DNA of 63,934 nt, filler included, from Phoronis australis (taxonomy: Eukaryota; Animalia; Phoronida), in assembly GCA_002633005.1 (NCBI GenBank). It is 4 parts of 4 records of this genome, joined end to end, with 100 filler letters (N's around TTAATTAATTAA, not from the genome) between each part and the next. Parts side by side here need not be neighbours in the genome. Positions count along the whole stretch, not along the records: positions 1 to 30,010 come from NMRA01000574.1; 3 more parts are not named here. One strand, given 5' to 3'. A program made the position numbers and the translations under genes. Positions 1-11,000 of the stretch are shown piece after piece; the first letter of the stretch is position 1, and each line of letters starts with the position of its first letter. The notes beneath the pieces were generated by a model, which made no database searches, had not been told where the DNA came from, and was given only the letters and a program-made list of their open reading frames with translations.

Positions 1-2439
1 CGACACTTCATTTTATTTTTTAAGTATTCCTGACAGAATTTGAAATGGGACCAAGTTATCCGACTATTACCCTTTTCTGTCCACGTTATTAAAGTGATGA
101 CTAAAATGTATTAACCCTCCTTCCATCGAAGAAGCAAACTTTTTAGTTACTCCACTTGCCACTATAAAGGCTTTAGATTTAACTTGTTCCGTACTCGGAT
201 GATAGGAGATTTCGGGCATGCGAAGAACTGTTTATTTCTACATTTTCATGCACAAGACCGTACACAACCTGGTTGCCATTCCCCGCACATACTTTTCACC
301 CCTACATATTTCTAGATCACGTAATTCCAACTCTCATACCTTTGAGAGAACATACATTCACACTGCATTCTACACAAACTCTTTCTTCCCATTACTATTT
401 TACTTTGGAATAGTCTCCCAGAACATGCCATCTCATCAGAAAGAACAGATGTTCCCGAGTCACATCTCTAACATCTGACCTTACTCAGTAAAGGACGAAA
501 CTTAATTTATCCTGGCACTAACTCGCACTTTGTTTTGTTATTATTTTCACAGTTATGCACAGTTCAGTTTATCACTAACATGCTCCAACATGTAAGGATT
601 GGTATTTCGAGAAGAAGTTGTAATGTTTTTATTGAGACCATGACTGGCCTACTTGTAGAGCTTTATTGAGACCATGACTGGCCAACTTGTACAGCCTGGT
701 CTCAAGCAGTAACCAATCGACAATTCATTTTCTAAGTCCAGAAATCATGTCTAAGTTGACTAAGGAACAACTGGAGGTCAATTTCGTATTCAGTAAGTGC
801 TTGGTCTAAATCTAAAGTTGGCTTTTATGATGAAAGGCAAGTTTGTAGCTCGCCTTGGTGCAAAGCTTTATACTAAATGTACAGCTTTGCGCCGATGCAG
901 ATAAAAAACTGACCAGATAAAATCTGAGCAAAAATAAGGGTCATGAGAAACTATAATGTCTCTTACTTGAGTAAACTAAATTATTTATCAGTGCTAGAAA
1001 ATTGGCGTTCTATTGTTATTCTGCTGCTAAAGTTGTGGAGCGATCTGCGTCGGCTTTTGGCGCCATGAAATACTGCGTCACCTATTGGTCAGTTTCTTTT
1101 TTTGCTGATTCTTCAGTCGACTGTTGTTCTTTCACGAGGTTGCGTACATGTCACAACAAATTATTGGAACTGGTTTCACTTCATTATAAGTTTTTAGAAT
1201 TTTGATTCCAGCAAACTGAATTTCACAAATTTTCTGCTGCTGTAAAGCTGTCACCATCTCCCGAGAGATGTCCCAAAATTTTAGGAAAGGGTGCGTGAGC
1301 ATTACACGAGCGTACTTTTCATTGTTACAAAAGGTGGAGAATTACACAAGAAAATGTCGTTTGTTGCATTGTCTTTCACTTAAACGGCTGTAACGGGCAA
1401 GGTGATTGTCGGTTGACTCACAGATTTTGCATGCACCCCGTCATGTTTTTAGCTCTACATGCTGATACAAGTTTCATAGTGAGTGACGAGCAGAACTACC
1501 CTGGCTGTGTACAATTTCGAGGTCTGTCGGCATTGGACACACAGTGATACCTTGCTGTATTTTGCTAATAGTCTTAATACAGCTAGCTGGCTGGCTCGTT
1601 TGTTGCCACTTTAAACTCTAATAGTGGAAAAACCAACTCATTGTACAAAAGAACCAAAACAAAGAGTTTCACCACAAAGCATGAACCAACGCAACGATTT
1701 CTAGTATTTCCGAGCAATTTTTTTTCCTTCATACAAAGTGTGAAGTCTAAAACAATTCATCTCATCATGCCCAGCTGTTTCAAATTTAGATTAAACGTCT
1801 GTAGTCTTCCTCACCATCAGACTCACTACAAGGTCTACTTGACAACAGTAGTCAATGTATGTCTGAATCAAACAGACTTCAGGAAATAATTATTCTTCTG
1901 AAGAACCACACATGATTGGAAATCCCTACTAGACAACATTACCTCTATCTAAAGTTTGGTTGAAGGTCAGAATCAATCCAAGTTATATTACATACAGCTG
2001 GACTTGGTTTCATTCTCAACCTAAAGTATAATAAATAGAGAGTGACCTCATTACCAAAGTTCAGCAAATTTTCCAAAGCCCAGATTTTTACAAAAAGAAA
2101 AAGACGCAAGACTTGGTCATTGGCAGAGAAATTGCAGTCAGTTCATACTGGTTCACATCATGATCCAAGAATTTCATTTAGACCAAAATGCGTCCATCAC
2201 TGCGTCCATCACTGCGTCCATCACTGTGGAAGTGAAGTAGAACCATGGGGATACGATTGTCTCCAGCCATCAGGTCCCTGTATACCATGTTTTGTTACCA
2301 CCTTGTAAAATCTTGCTCTAATTCTTCAGACGAGTGTGTGCCACAAAACAAGAAAAGGTAAAATTATAAAGTATTCAGAGGAAGTGTAGTAAAGAGTCTG
2401 GGTAATGGAGAATTTTCCCATTGAAGCACTAAATAAACT

Positions 2440-3345
2440 CCATGCCGTCATCCCCGTCCGTCCATCCGGCTGTCCGTTCGGCCTCCATCTGGCATTCGTC
2501 CCGCGTCCGCTGCTCTATATCCAAAACCCTTTGACGTATGTTCATGAAATTTTGCACATGTGTTCCTCTCATGGATGGGACAGATTTTAATAAAATTTGG
2601 CATCTGTGAGATGACGCTATCCTCCCGTTTTCGGATGGAATCGAGGTATTTTGCGCCATCTTGTGGCCATTTTTGCTGTTTTCGATTTTTGAAAATGTTC
2701 TCAGTGTGAAGAGGACGGTTGATGATGGTGATGATGACTTGGACTACTGTGGCGCCTTCTTGTGGTAGTTTTGTTTTGTTTTGCGCCCATAGCTATATCC
2801 TAAACCCACTGCAGGTTCTTTATTAAACATAACTAAATGTATTTATATGAAGCTAACAACAGATGAGGACTTTCAGGTGGATAAAACAAACGCTGTGCCT
2901 CCTAGTGGCTGTTTCTTTGAAGTTCTTTGACAGATTTTTATGAAATTTGGTAAATAAATTTCTGTTAAAGAAGCAGTGGCATGTTCATTGTTTCGGATGG
3001 ATTCGACATTTCTGCGCCATCTAGCGGTCATTTTATGATAGAAATAAACAACTCTAAAAGCACATCGTTTGCGGTGCATTTGTGGGCGTATTTCAACGCT
3101 CCGCATTGCTCTTGTTTTTTATGTAATTAGGAATGCTGCATTAAAAAAACAAAACAAGGGATTTCACCCTAAAACACGAACCAAAACCATGGTTTTAAAT
3201 GATGGCATTGTATGGGATTTGGAGGTGAAGGCTGTTTCTTGTTTGCTATTTAAAAAAAAAAACAGTGCAGGTGGTCTGATGTCATTTGCGGTGCATCAGA
3301 CGTGCGCAGGCCTCTTGGTTGGACCCATTACACAAAACACCTGAG
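2440..3345 (+). mobile_element. Helentron/HINE (DINE-1-like) non-autonomous element
   Basis: (GTCC)n-like microsatellite near 2455, degenerate internal tandem units (ATGAAATTT..TTTCGGATGGA.TCGA..GCGCCATCT), and a terminal hairpin GTGCGCAGGCC..GGACCCATTACAC followed by CTGA. The same terminus recurs at about 22346-22402 (+) and about 27523-27578 (-). Confidence 0.5.
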
Positions 3346-3452
3346 CAAAGGCAAGAGACCTTAATTATGGCTCCTTGTGTTTACTATTTGGTTTACCCAG
3401 AATTGATTTGTTGGTGTTTCAAGTAATAAATATGCTGTGCAATTTATTCCAG

Positions 3453-6400
3453 TTTACAAAATGATGACAGTGGAGAGGAAGAAAGTGTGTCTGGGAACAA
3501 AAAGAAAGAAAAAGAAATGGAAAAGAGGGTAAAACATAGAGTTGGAATTCTAAAGCACTGTATTTTTTTGCATTTTTTATTTCTGTTGATTTTTTCAGTT
3601 ACTTCAAAACCTTAATTTCAAAGGGAGTTTTGCATGTGACTAAAATTCCACTTTTTCACCTTTTTCTTGAACATTCAAGACAGCAATAGAGTTTGATGTA
3701 ACAAGTAGCTGGTGACACTTGTCACCTGAAATAATTGTACATCAAACAAAACTTAAGGTAGGTGTATACACTGATCAAATCTCCAGGTTCCTAACTAAAA
3801 TGAGTAAAAAGGGAGTTTGACTAGTTAGACATGACTCTGAAAGTGACAAAAATCGAAAAAAAGAATTTGTAGTTCGTTTCTTTAAAAAATCGTATTTTTT
3901 AATTTTCAAAAAATCCAATTTTACCTCGATTTTTTTTTCAAAATGCACAGGGATCATCATCAACTGTTTCCTTACGCAATATTCTACTTATCCATACCAA
4001 ATATATGTACAAAATCATTATGATCTTGATTTTGTGGCATTTTTTGTGTGTGAGTTGGGGCAAGCACGCCACTTTTTGTCATTTGGTCACTTTCCGTCTA
4101 ATAACTACAAATCTGGTCCATTTATCAAAAAAGTCTGGCACGCGATTTTACTTCAGTCCTAGAGGGTTTCAAATTTGTAACTTCGTAAAAATTGACCCTC
4201 GTGTTGTGGAAAAATAGGCCCGAGAATCTTGTCACTATCCTGAAATCACGAGCCGAGAAAAACGGCTTTGAAGTTAAGCGGTCATCGATTGCCACTTGAG
4301 ATCAAATTTCGTTCAGAATGCGTGGTCATTATGTTCCAAATTTTGTTGAAGTACTAGAAATAAAGCTGATATTTACTTCATATTTAGAAAATGTGACATA
4401 CCTGTTTGTTTACAGCGTAATTTTAATCATTTTTTCGAACTTGTGATGCACGACAGACGACCAAAACAAATATGGCTGTCACNAATGGACTTTGGGATAA
4501 GAAAATATCACTTTCTGCGCAAATAGCGCCGCTTGGGTGAGATTCTCAAGTTTTTAAAGTTTCTTATATTGCTTTCTTCTAAAATCGTATAATATCATGA
4601 GTTTTAATTAAGGGTTACATTTGAATCTATGCACTAGAAAATTTTTTGTTATGTTGAACACTGGGTCATTTCTCTAATTCTTTGGGTTACGGCCAGTGGC
4701 AAGTTAAAAATCCTCTGGGTTTGACAGCCTAGTTTCTCCACGGCGTGTTCCCAGCACAGCACGGTTTATCTGCGAAGACTCTACTCTGACGGCCTGTAGT
4801 TGTCCATGGGTCGCGCGCGCGGCTTGTCTTCACAGCGCGTGCATGCACTCTCACCGAATCGTGCAACACCACTCACGTTGACACTCAGCGTCCTCTCGCA
4901 AGACACCTGACCTTATATTACCGACTTCTCTTATACATGCACAATTTCTGCATGGGCTCCTCAAGCTGAGTGCAGTGATGGCTTCGGTAGGGCTTGGCGT
5001 ACTCAACTTAATTTTTTTGCAGATAGACAAACAGGCTCAGGCTCGGAACAGGAGCTAGTTCACCATTTCACTACCAATTTTCACATAGTCAAAAGTAGAA
5101 TTGTTTTATTCTTGGTTTTGCTACAACACCAATATCAGCTGGTACATCACTCTCGATTGCCCGGTTACGCAATGCTTGTTGACAGGGTTAGATTAGAGCT
5201 AGTGTCCTTGTATATAAGCTCCGCCCCAGTTGTCAATCACTGAGCTGGTGAGCACTCAAGCCATATGACTTACTGAGGCTTGGTCAAATATAGCTAAAAA
5301 AACAACTTTGGATTTTCAGAATGATTTTATTTTTCTTCAGTATACTGTGCATCAAGAATTAAAGATTAGGATGACATAAATATGTAAAAAACAGTCAAAA
5401 TTAATTTTTTTGTGTATCCACCTACCCTAAATAACCGTGAATGCACCTTTTGTGACCTGCAAGGTTGATTTTATAATTGCTAACTAAGAGTTTGGTCAGG
5501 TCGTAAATTGTCCACCTTGTGATATTCAAATTGTTGAGTTCTGGTGAGGCCATAAACATTTCAATCCTATTCCTGGTTAATGAAAATTATACACTCATTT
5601 TTCCTTACAGGACCCGCCCAAACCTGGCCCTGGTGAACACCCTCTACAATACAACTATTGCTTCTGGTACTCTCGCAGATCTCCAGGCAAGCAGACTGTC
5701 AATTATGACCAAAATTTAAAGATGGTTGGATCATTTGCATCGGTGAGGCAAACCTCATTTAATATCCTGTGAATTTTTTCTCAAAATTTTATTGTTGCTG
5801 CTTGGAAATATGTTAGGCTAATTGATTCAAAATGTTGTCAGTTGAAACATTTCTGTTGATGTACGGTATGCTTAAATGTGGGAGTATGTTATTATGACTT
5901 ATTTTTGAAAAACATTTTAGGTTTTGGAGGACTGAAATAGCACATCCTCACAAAACATTGATAAAACTGCTGTTTTTTTCTTATTGATACATTTATGTCA
6001 ATACTTAAATAACCTTGTAATTATCATTCTGTTGCTAGAGAGTGCTGTCAACAGACACTCCTATAGTTAGTTTTAAGTAATTCTGTGAATTTCTTAACGA
6101 AAATTGCGTAAAAGTGTTTGCCTTGTGTGTTTACCTGTTTTCTTGTCTTATTGTATCACACATTGACACATATTTGTGAATTACATAAACCTACAGTGCT
6201 TTTTGTCGATCTACCATTGGTGAAGCCAATTCAGCTTCTAAAATTGTGAAAGTTTGTGCGTTGCATGCTAAACCACCTAAATAGTCGACATGTGAATATA
6301 GAAAATGAAGTACACAGCAGATTTTTCAAATTTAGGACACATAAATATAGAGTACAAGACAACATATCCATACAATGTCTTGATGGATTATGTGAAATGT

Positions 6401-7334
6401 ATGAATACAAGTCAACATATCCATACAATGTCTTGATGGATTATGTGAAATGTATGAATACAAGTCAACATATCCATACAATGTATTGATGGATTATGTG
6501 AAATGTATGAATACAAGTCAACATATCCATACAATGTCTTGATGGATTGTGTGAAATGTATGAATACAAGATAACACATCCATGTACTGTCTTGTTCGAT
6601 TATGTGAAATGTAGAGTGTGTGAATAAAAGACAGCACATCTATTCAATTTCCTGTTGGATTTACTTATGAAGGTTTTTATGTTTACAGGTGGAACAGTTT
6701 TTCTCCTACTATAGTCACATGGTACGGCCAAGTGACCTATCAGGACACAGCGATTACCATCTGTTTAAGGAAGGCATCCGACCTATGTGGGAGGTAGTCA
6801 AGTGAAACAATGTTTGTTTGAAACATAGTTGCTTTTTTCATCATGGTTTTGTTAGTACTAGGAGCACTTGAGCCAGTCTAGCTACTGAAAACTTCATATT
6901 TCAAAAAATGCAAACATGTGCTTTACTCTGACATACAAGCATCCACTAAAAATCCAGGAAACCATGGCAAACAACACTACTACAAAGTGCTGTTATTCAG
7001 TTTGAACTGCTCGAACAAACATCATTGTACAGTTTTGTCGGATTAAAAGTTATTTAAGAAAGTTGATCCTTGTTAGAGAAGCTATCCTGTAACAATTGGA
7101 CTACAGGGACCACTACCACTGATGGGTTCCATATGGAGGTTTTTATGAAACTATTGTCACTGGTATACCTAATGTATGCAGGATGATGCGAACAAACATG
7201 GTGGCAAGTGGATAATTCGTCTGAAGAAAGGTCTGGCATCACGCTGCTGGGAGAACTTAATCTTTGCCATGCTGGGTGAACAGTTTATGGTTGGTGAAGA
7301 GATCTGTGGTGCTGTCATTTCCATCCGATACCAG
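3453..7334 (+). CDS. EIF4E2: Eukaryotic translation initiation factor 4E type 2 (4EHP), partial: first exon and last coding exon(s) not found
   Basis: Four GT-AG exons with compatible phases: 3453-3528 (LQNDDSGEEESVSGNKKKEKEMEKR), 5611-5742 (DPPKPGPGEHPLQYNYCFWYSRRSPGKQTVNYDQNLKMVGSFAS), 6689-6793 (VEQFFSYYSHMVRPSDLSGHSDYHLFKEGIRPMWE), 7182-7334 (DDANKHGGKWIIRLKKGLASRCWENLIFAMLGEQFMVGEEICGAVISIRYQ). HPLQYNY.FWY, MWED and CWENL motifs match class II eIF4E. The expected next exon (EDIIS.WN...) was not found. Confidence 0.93.
3757..5426. mobile_element. Non-autonomous TIR DNA transposon, Kolobok-like, in an eIF4E2 intron
   Basis: TIRs GGTAGGTGTATACAC ... GTGTATCCACCTACC, flanked by TTAA (3753-56) and CTAA (5427-30). 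An RR start with a TTAA-type target fits Kolobok. No intact ORF. Confidence 0.6.
6356..6650. repeat. 53-bp minisatellite, about 5 copies
   Basis: Unit CAACATATCCATACAATGTCTTGATGGATTATGTGAAATGTATGAATACAAGT, starting at 6360, 6413 and onward. Confidence 0.9.
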
Positions 7335-7342
7335 GTAGTCAG

Positions 7343-7540
7343 CTGTTAGCAGTTTCAGTATGTCTGCTGTTTGCAGTCTCAGTATGTCAGCTGTTTGCAG
7401 TCTCAGTACGTCTGCTGTTTGCAGTCTCAGTACGTCTGCTGTTTGCAGTCTGAGTATGTCTGCTGTTTGCAGTCTCAGTATGTCTGCTGTTTGCAGTCTC
7501 AGTATGTCTGCTGTGTGCAGTCTCAGTATGTCTGCTGTTT
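7343..7540. repeat. 24-bp minisatellite, about 8 copies
   Basis: Unit GTCTCAGTATGTCTGCTGTTTGCA, starting immediately after the eIF4E2 donor at 7335. Confidence 0.92.
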
Positions 7541-7579
7541 GAACGTATTTGTCTGCATACCGAGTGACATTATAACCTT

Positions 7580-7758
7580 GGTGCCCATTCCAAGAAAATT
7601 GACTTAGACAAAGAAAGATCTTCAGTTCGACTTATAAGTGTTTGACTTGAGTTTTGTCTCAATTTGACTAACTTTCCGTGTGTGGAGACAAAGTTGAGAC
7701 GAATCTTAGACTTGAGTCAAAAATGAACTTTTAAAGTCAGTTTCTAGGAACGGGCGCC
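7580..7758. mobile_element. Palindromic MITE-like element
   Basis: Imperfect terminal inverted repeats GGTGCCCATTCCAAGAAAATTGACTT ... AAGTCAGTTTCTAGGAACGGGCGCC, with internal GACTTGAGT motifs. Confidence 0.6.
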
Positions 7759-7784
7759 TGATGCTCATGCGCATGCACTCAATC

Positions 7785-7970
7785 AATAAATAGCAGCGAC
7801 GCTATAAATAGTGGCAACGCAATAAATAGCGGCGGCAAAATAAACGGCGGCGACGCAATAAATGGCGGCGACGCGTTAAATGGCGGTTACGCGTTAAATG
7901 GTGACGACACGACAAATGGCGGCGACGCGACAAGTGGCGGTGACGCAACAAATGGCGGGGATGCATTAAA
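7785..7970. repeat. 18-bp degenerate GC-rich tandem repeat, about 10 copies
   Basis: Consensus AATAAATGGCGGCGACGC. Confidence 0.88.
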
Positions 7971-8020
7971 CATTTGCTATACCTATATACATAAAATGAG
8001 CTTAAAACGTATGTTTTCAG

Positions 8021-11000
8021 GTGTTATGCGTTGTGGCCCTGCTCCTCTAAAAGCCATCAAGGAAGGTCATGTCTGGCTTAACTACGATGCACCTTTCATT
8101 TTTGCTGAAGTCAATGGCGACAAGTTACATTGGCAGGTAAAATAACTAACCTTCTTGATTTCAGTCCTGATTCTACAATTAGTTTGCTTTGTCAGAAGGT
8201 TGAAGAGATGGGCGAGATATCTTATTTCATCTGGTACAGTCATTCAAACAAGAATTCCTGATGCTGGTTTTGGAAGACGTGGGATCACTCAAACATAGCC
8301 GGTCTCTCTGAGAACATTAAGTCTAACAACTTCCATTAATCACGACTGCATTGAGAATTATATTAAAAATGTAATTGTTTGTGAGAAAGCACTATAAGTC
8401 CATAACCAAATTTCCATTGTATCTATTGAACAGGAGCAAGAGAACGGTTCGCTCGAGTGTGTTCACAAGGAAACGAGTGCAATTGGACGATTTATAAGCA
8501 CCAAAGCACCTGGCCGCCGAGAAAGACTTGATGTTACCAACCTCTATAAATACCCCGAAGGTAAACTTGCGGGCTTTTTAATTATTCCAGAAGAGCTTTT
8601 GTTTGCTAACAGTTCAAATACTGTTAATCAGCATTCGTTGTAACGTGCACAAGACGCGTTTTTGACCCAAGCCAATTGTTGTTGTGATCGCTTTGAATAC
8701 TCTTTGTACATTTTGCACACCATCTCAGAATTGGATTCTTTCACTGAATATCAGAATTCATCGAGTCAACCTATGTTGAACTGAAGTGCTTTTTTCAACA
8801 TTTTTTAATTGTTAAACCATGACTTAAAACTGAATTTCCTCAGTGTTGGCTTCCAAAAATGAAAAATGAATCCAGTCATGAAATTGATCTCATACTTTTC
8901 CTTGCACTGAACATCAAAAACCATCAGCGACTCAAGAAAGCGCTTGAATGCGTGAATTGGGAAATGGCGCATGTGTGCATTGTCTGTGACTTGAATTGAC
9001 GGCTGACTCATTCAGCAACAGTTCAAGATGGGATGAGTGCGGTAATAATTTTGAGTCACGAAACCGATTTGGTTTATAATTCAATGTTGACAACTAAACA
9101 GCAGCGAAATGCTTTGTTGCGTTATTGTATTGTACTGCATTGCATGTCGTCGTATCATACAGGAAGTTATGACGAAAGACGCGTTGTAGCATCTGTGTTC
9201 AGACGAAGCAAGCTGAACAAGAGGTTTGATGTCTATGAGCCAGATATCACTAAAGATGTTGACTTCAAGGAGGAAATTGCATCAGAAACAAAAGTTTGTA
9301 TGGAGTGTATTAAATTAGATAGAGACTAATAGTAGTAGAAAATGTAACTGTACCCCTTTCCTCTCGACAAAAGTTTAGCATACCTCCAACTCGGACGCCA
9401 TCAAATTCTGCCAAACTGGGCACCACCACATTCCCCGCTTATATACCAGTTCCATGTATGCAGAATGTTAAATTCTGGGGATAGTATTCGCTGTTTGTAT
9501 TTGTCTTCAAAAATTTCTCGTCGTAAGTGCGAGTGTCTTGGGTCTCAGGAACACAGGCCGGGCATGCCATGTTAAATTTTCCAAACTTCCCACAGCTGCA
9601 TAAGTTTGTTAAGAATGCCATCGAATTAGTCAGAGGCTAGTTGGGCTGGAACAGATAGGCCATGTTCAACAAAGTGCAAAGACACACCACATGTTATTAT
9701 GGGTGGGCGGTGATGTATTCTGGGAACATTATACATCTGAGTGTGACTCGAGAAGTAGCGAATCACGAGTGAGTGCGAATGTTCAGGTGACGGGTGTTTG
9801 CATGATAACCCTAGAAACGGTACAGGGATTTGGGCTCTTTCCTCATTGGTCTCCTTAGTCCATCAATGTGCCCATTTTATCAGGTAAGACAGACGGAAGA
9901 CAATTATTGTGTAGTAATAGATTAATGCCTGCATATGTTTAGAAGACTTCATTTGGGAAACGTAGTATACTAATTCTTACCTCTTATATTACTAAAATAG
10001 TATATTTTGATTTTATCTGGTTTAAGTACTCTGTATATTTATGCAGTTCATAGTTTTACGCTTATCTATTTCTTTATTTTCATTTCATACAAGTTTTGAT
10101 TATTTAATATTCATTGTTTGATTTATAGGATTTGTTTGTACATGTCTTTAATCTTTATTTGGATCTGTTTCTATCAATTGTTATTGTTACTATTTTAAGT
10201 ACAATGATAATAATGATAATCATAATAAAACAGTTTTTCCGGTGTTACTACTTCACTCTCTTGTTCTACTATTTCTAGCACGGTGAAGACTTCAGTCTTC
10301 CCGTTGTGCTGACCAATAACAGTACAGAGCCCCGCACTGTAATGATGCAAATCACCGCCATTGCTTCCTTTTACACTGGGGTTACCAGTGAAAGGATCAA
10401 AGCAGAGCGTTTCAAAGTGATCGTCCAGCCAAACGCAAGTATGTTATGAGTCTTCCTTTTGCCTAGTCATCTCTTATCTGTTAAAAGCAGAATTTGTTCT
10501 TAAAGGCACTCTTTTCAAATTGTTTCGTTAAAAACAATTTAAGAGGAGTTTGACTACTAACCAGTGCAGTCAAAATTAATGTTCAAACGATGCTCTTTCC
10601 ACATTCAATCAAATGTACACATAGTAAACAGAATTTATTGTACAATTTTGAGCATAGCTTTTGAAATTCTGTTGGTGAACCAACAAAATGGGCACCAAAC
10701 ACTTGAACAGCATTGAACCTATTTTTTATGCATTGCCAAAAAAATCTAATACGTGTTGGACTGCAATTTTGCAAAACGTTCCTATTTAAGTGGTGTCTTT
10801 TGACTGATAAAAGTTTCCCAAAATAAAGGAAAGAGTACTTATAAGCAGTTTCTTTGTGAAAGAACATCAGCAAGTATGCTCAAAATATTGAAAAAGCTCA
10901 CATTATTTTCTATTAGGTGTTGATACTTTTCATGTTTCCAACTTCATCATACGATTCATCGCTGATTCTCTTTCTTTGTCACTACTGTCTTTAATATGCA

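Noticed and set aside
560-780. Candidate eIF4E2 first exons (ATGCTCCAACAT/GT and ATGTCTAAG..GAG/GT)
   Set aside because: Both end in phase 0 whereas exon 3453 needs phase 2, and neither resembles the conserved M.NKF.AL start.
6356-6650. CRISPR-like array, or coding ORFs 6231-6639
   Set aside because: Contiguous 53-bp tandem units without unique spacers, inside a eukaryotic intron. The unit length is not a multiple of 3.
7360-7607. Cys/Ser-rich repeat proteins (MSAVCSLS)n and (LQSQYVCC)n
   Set aside because: By-products of a 24-bp intronic minisatellite, with no splice or start support.
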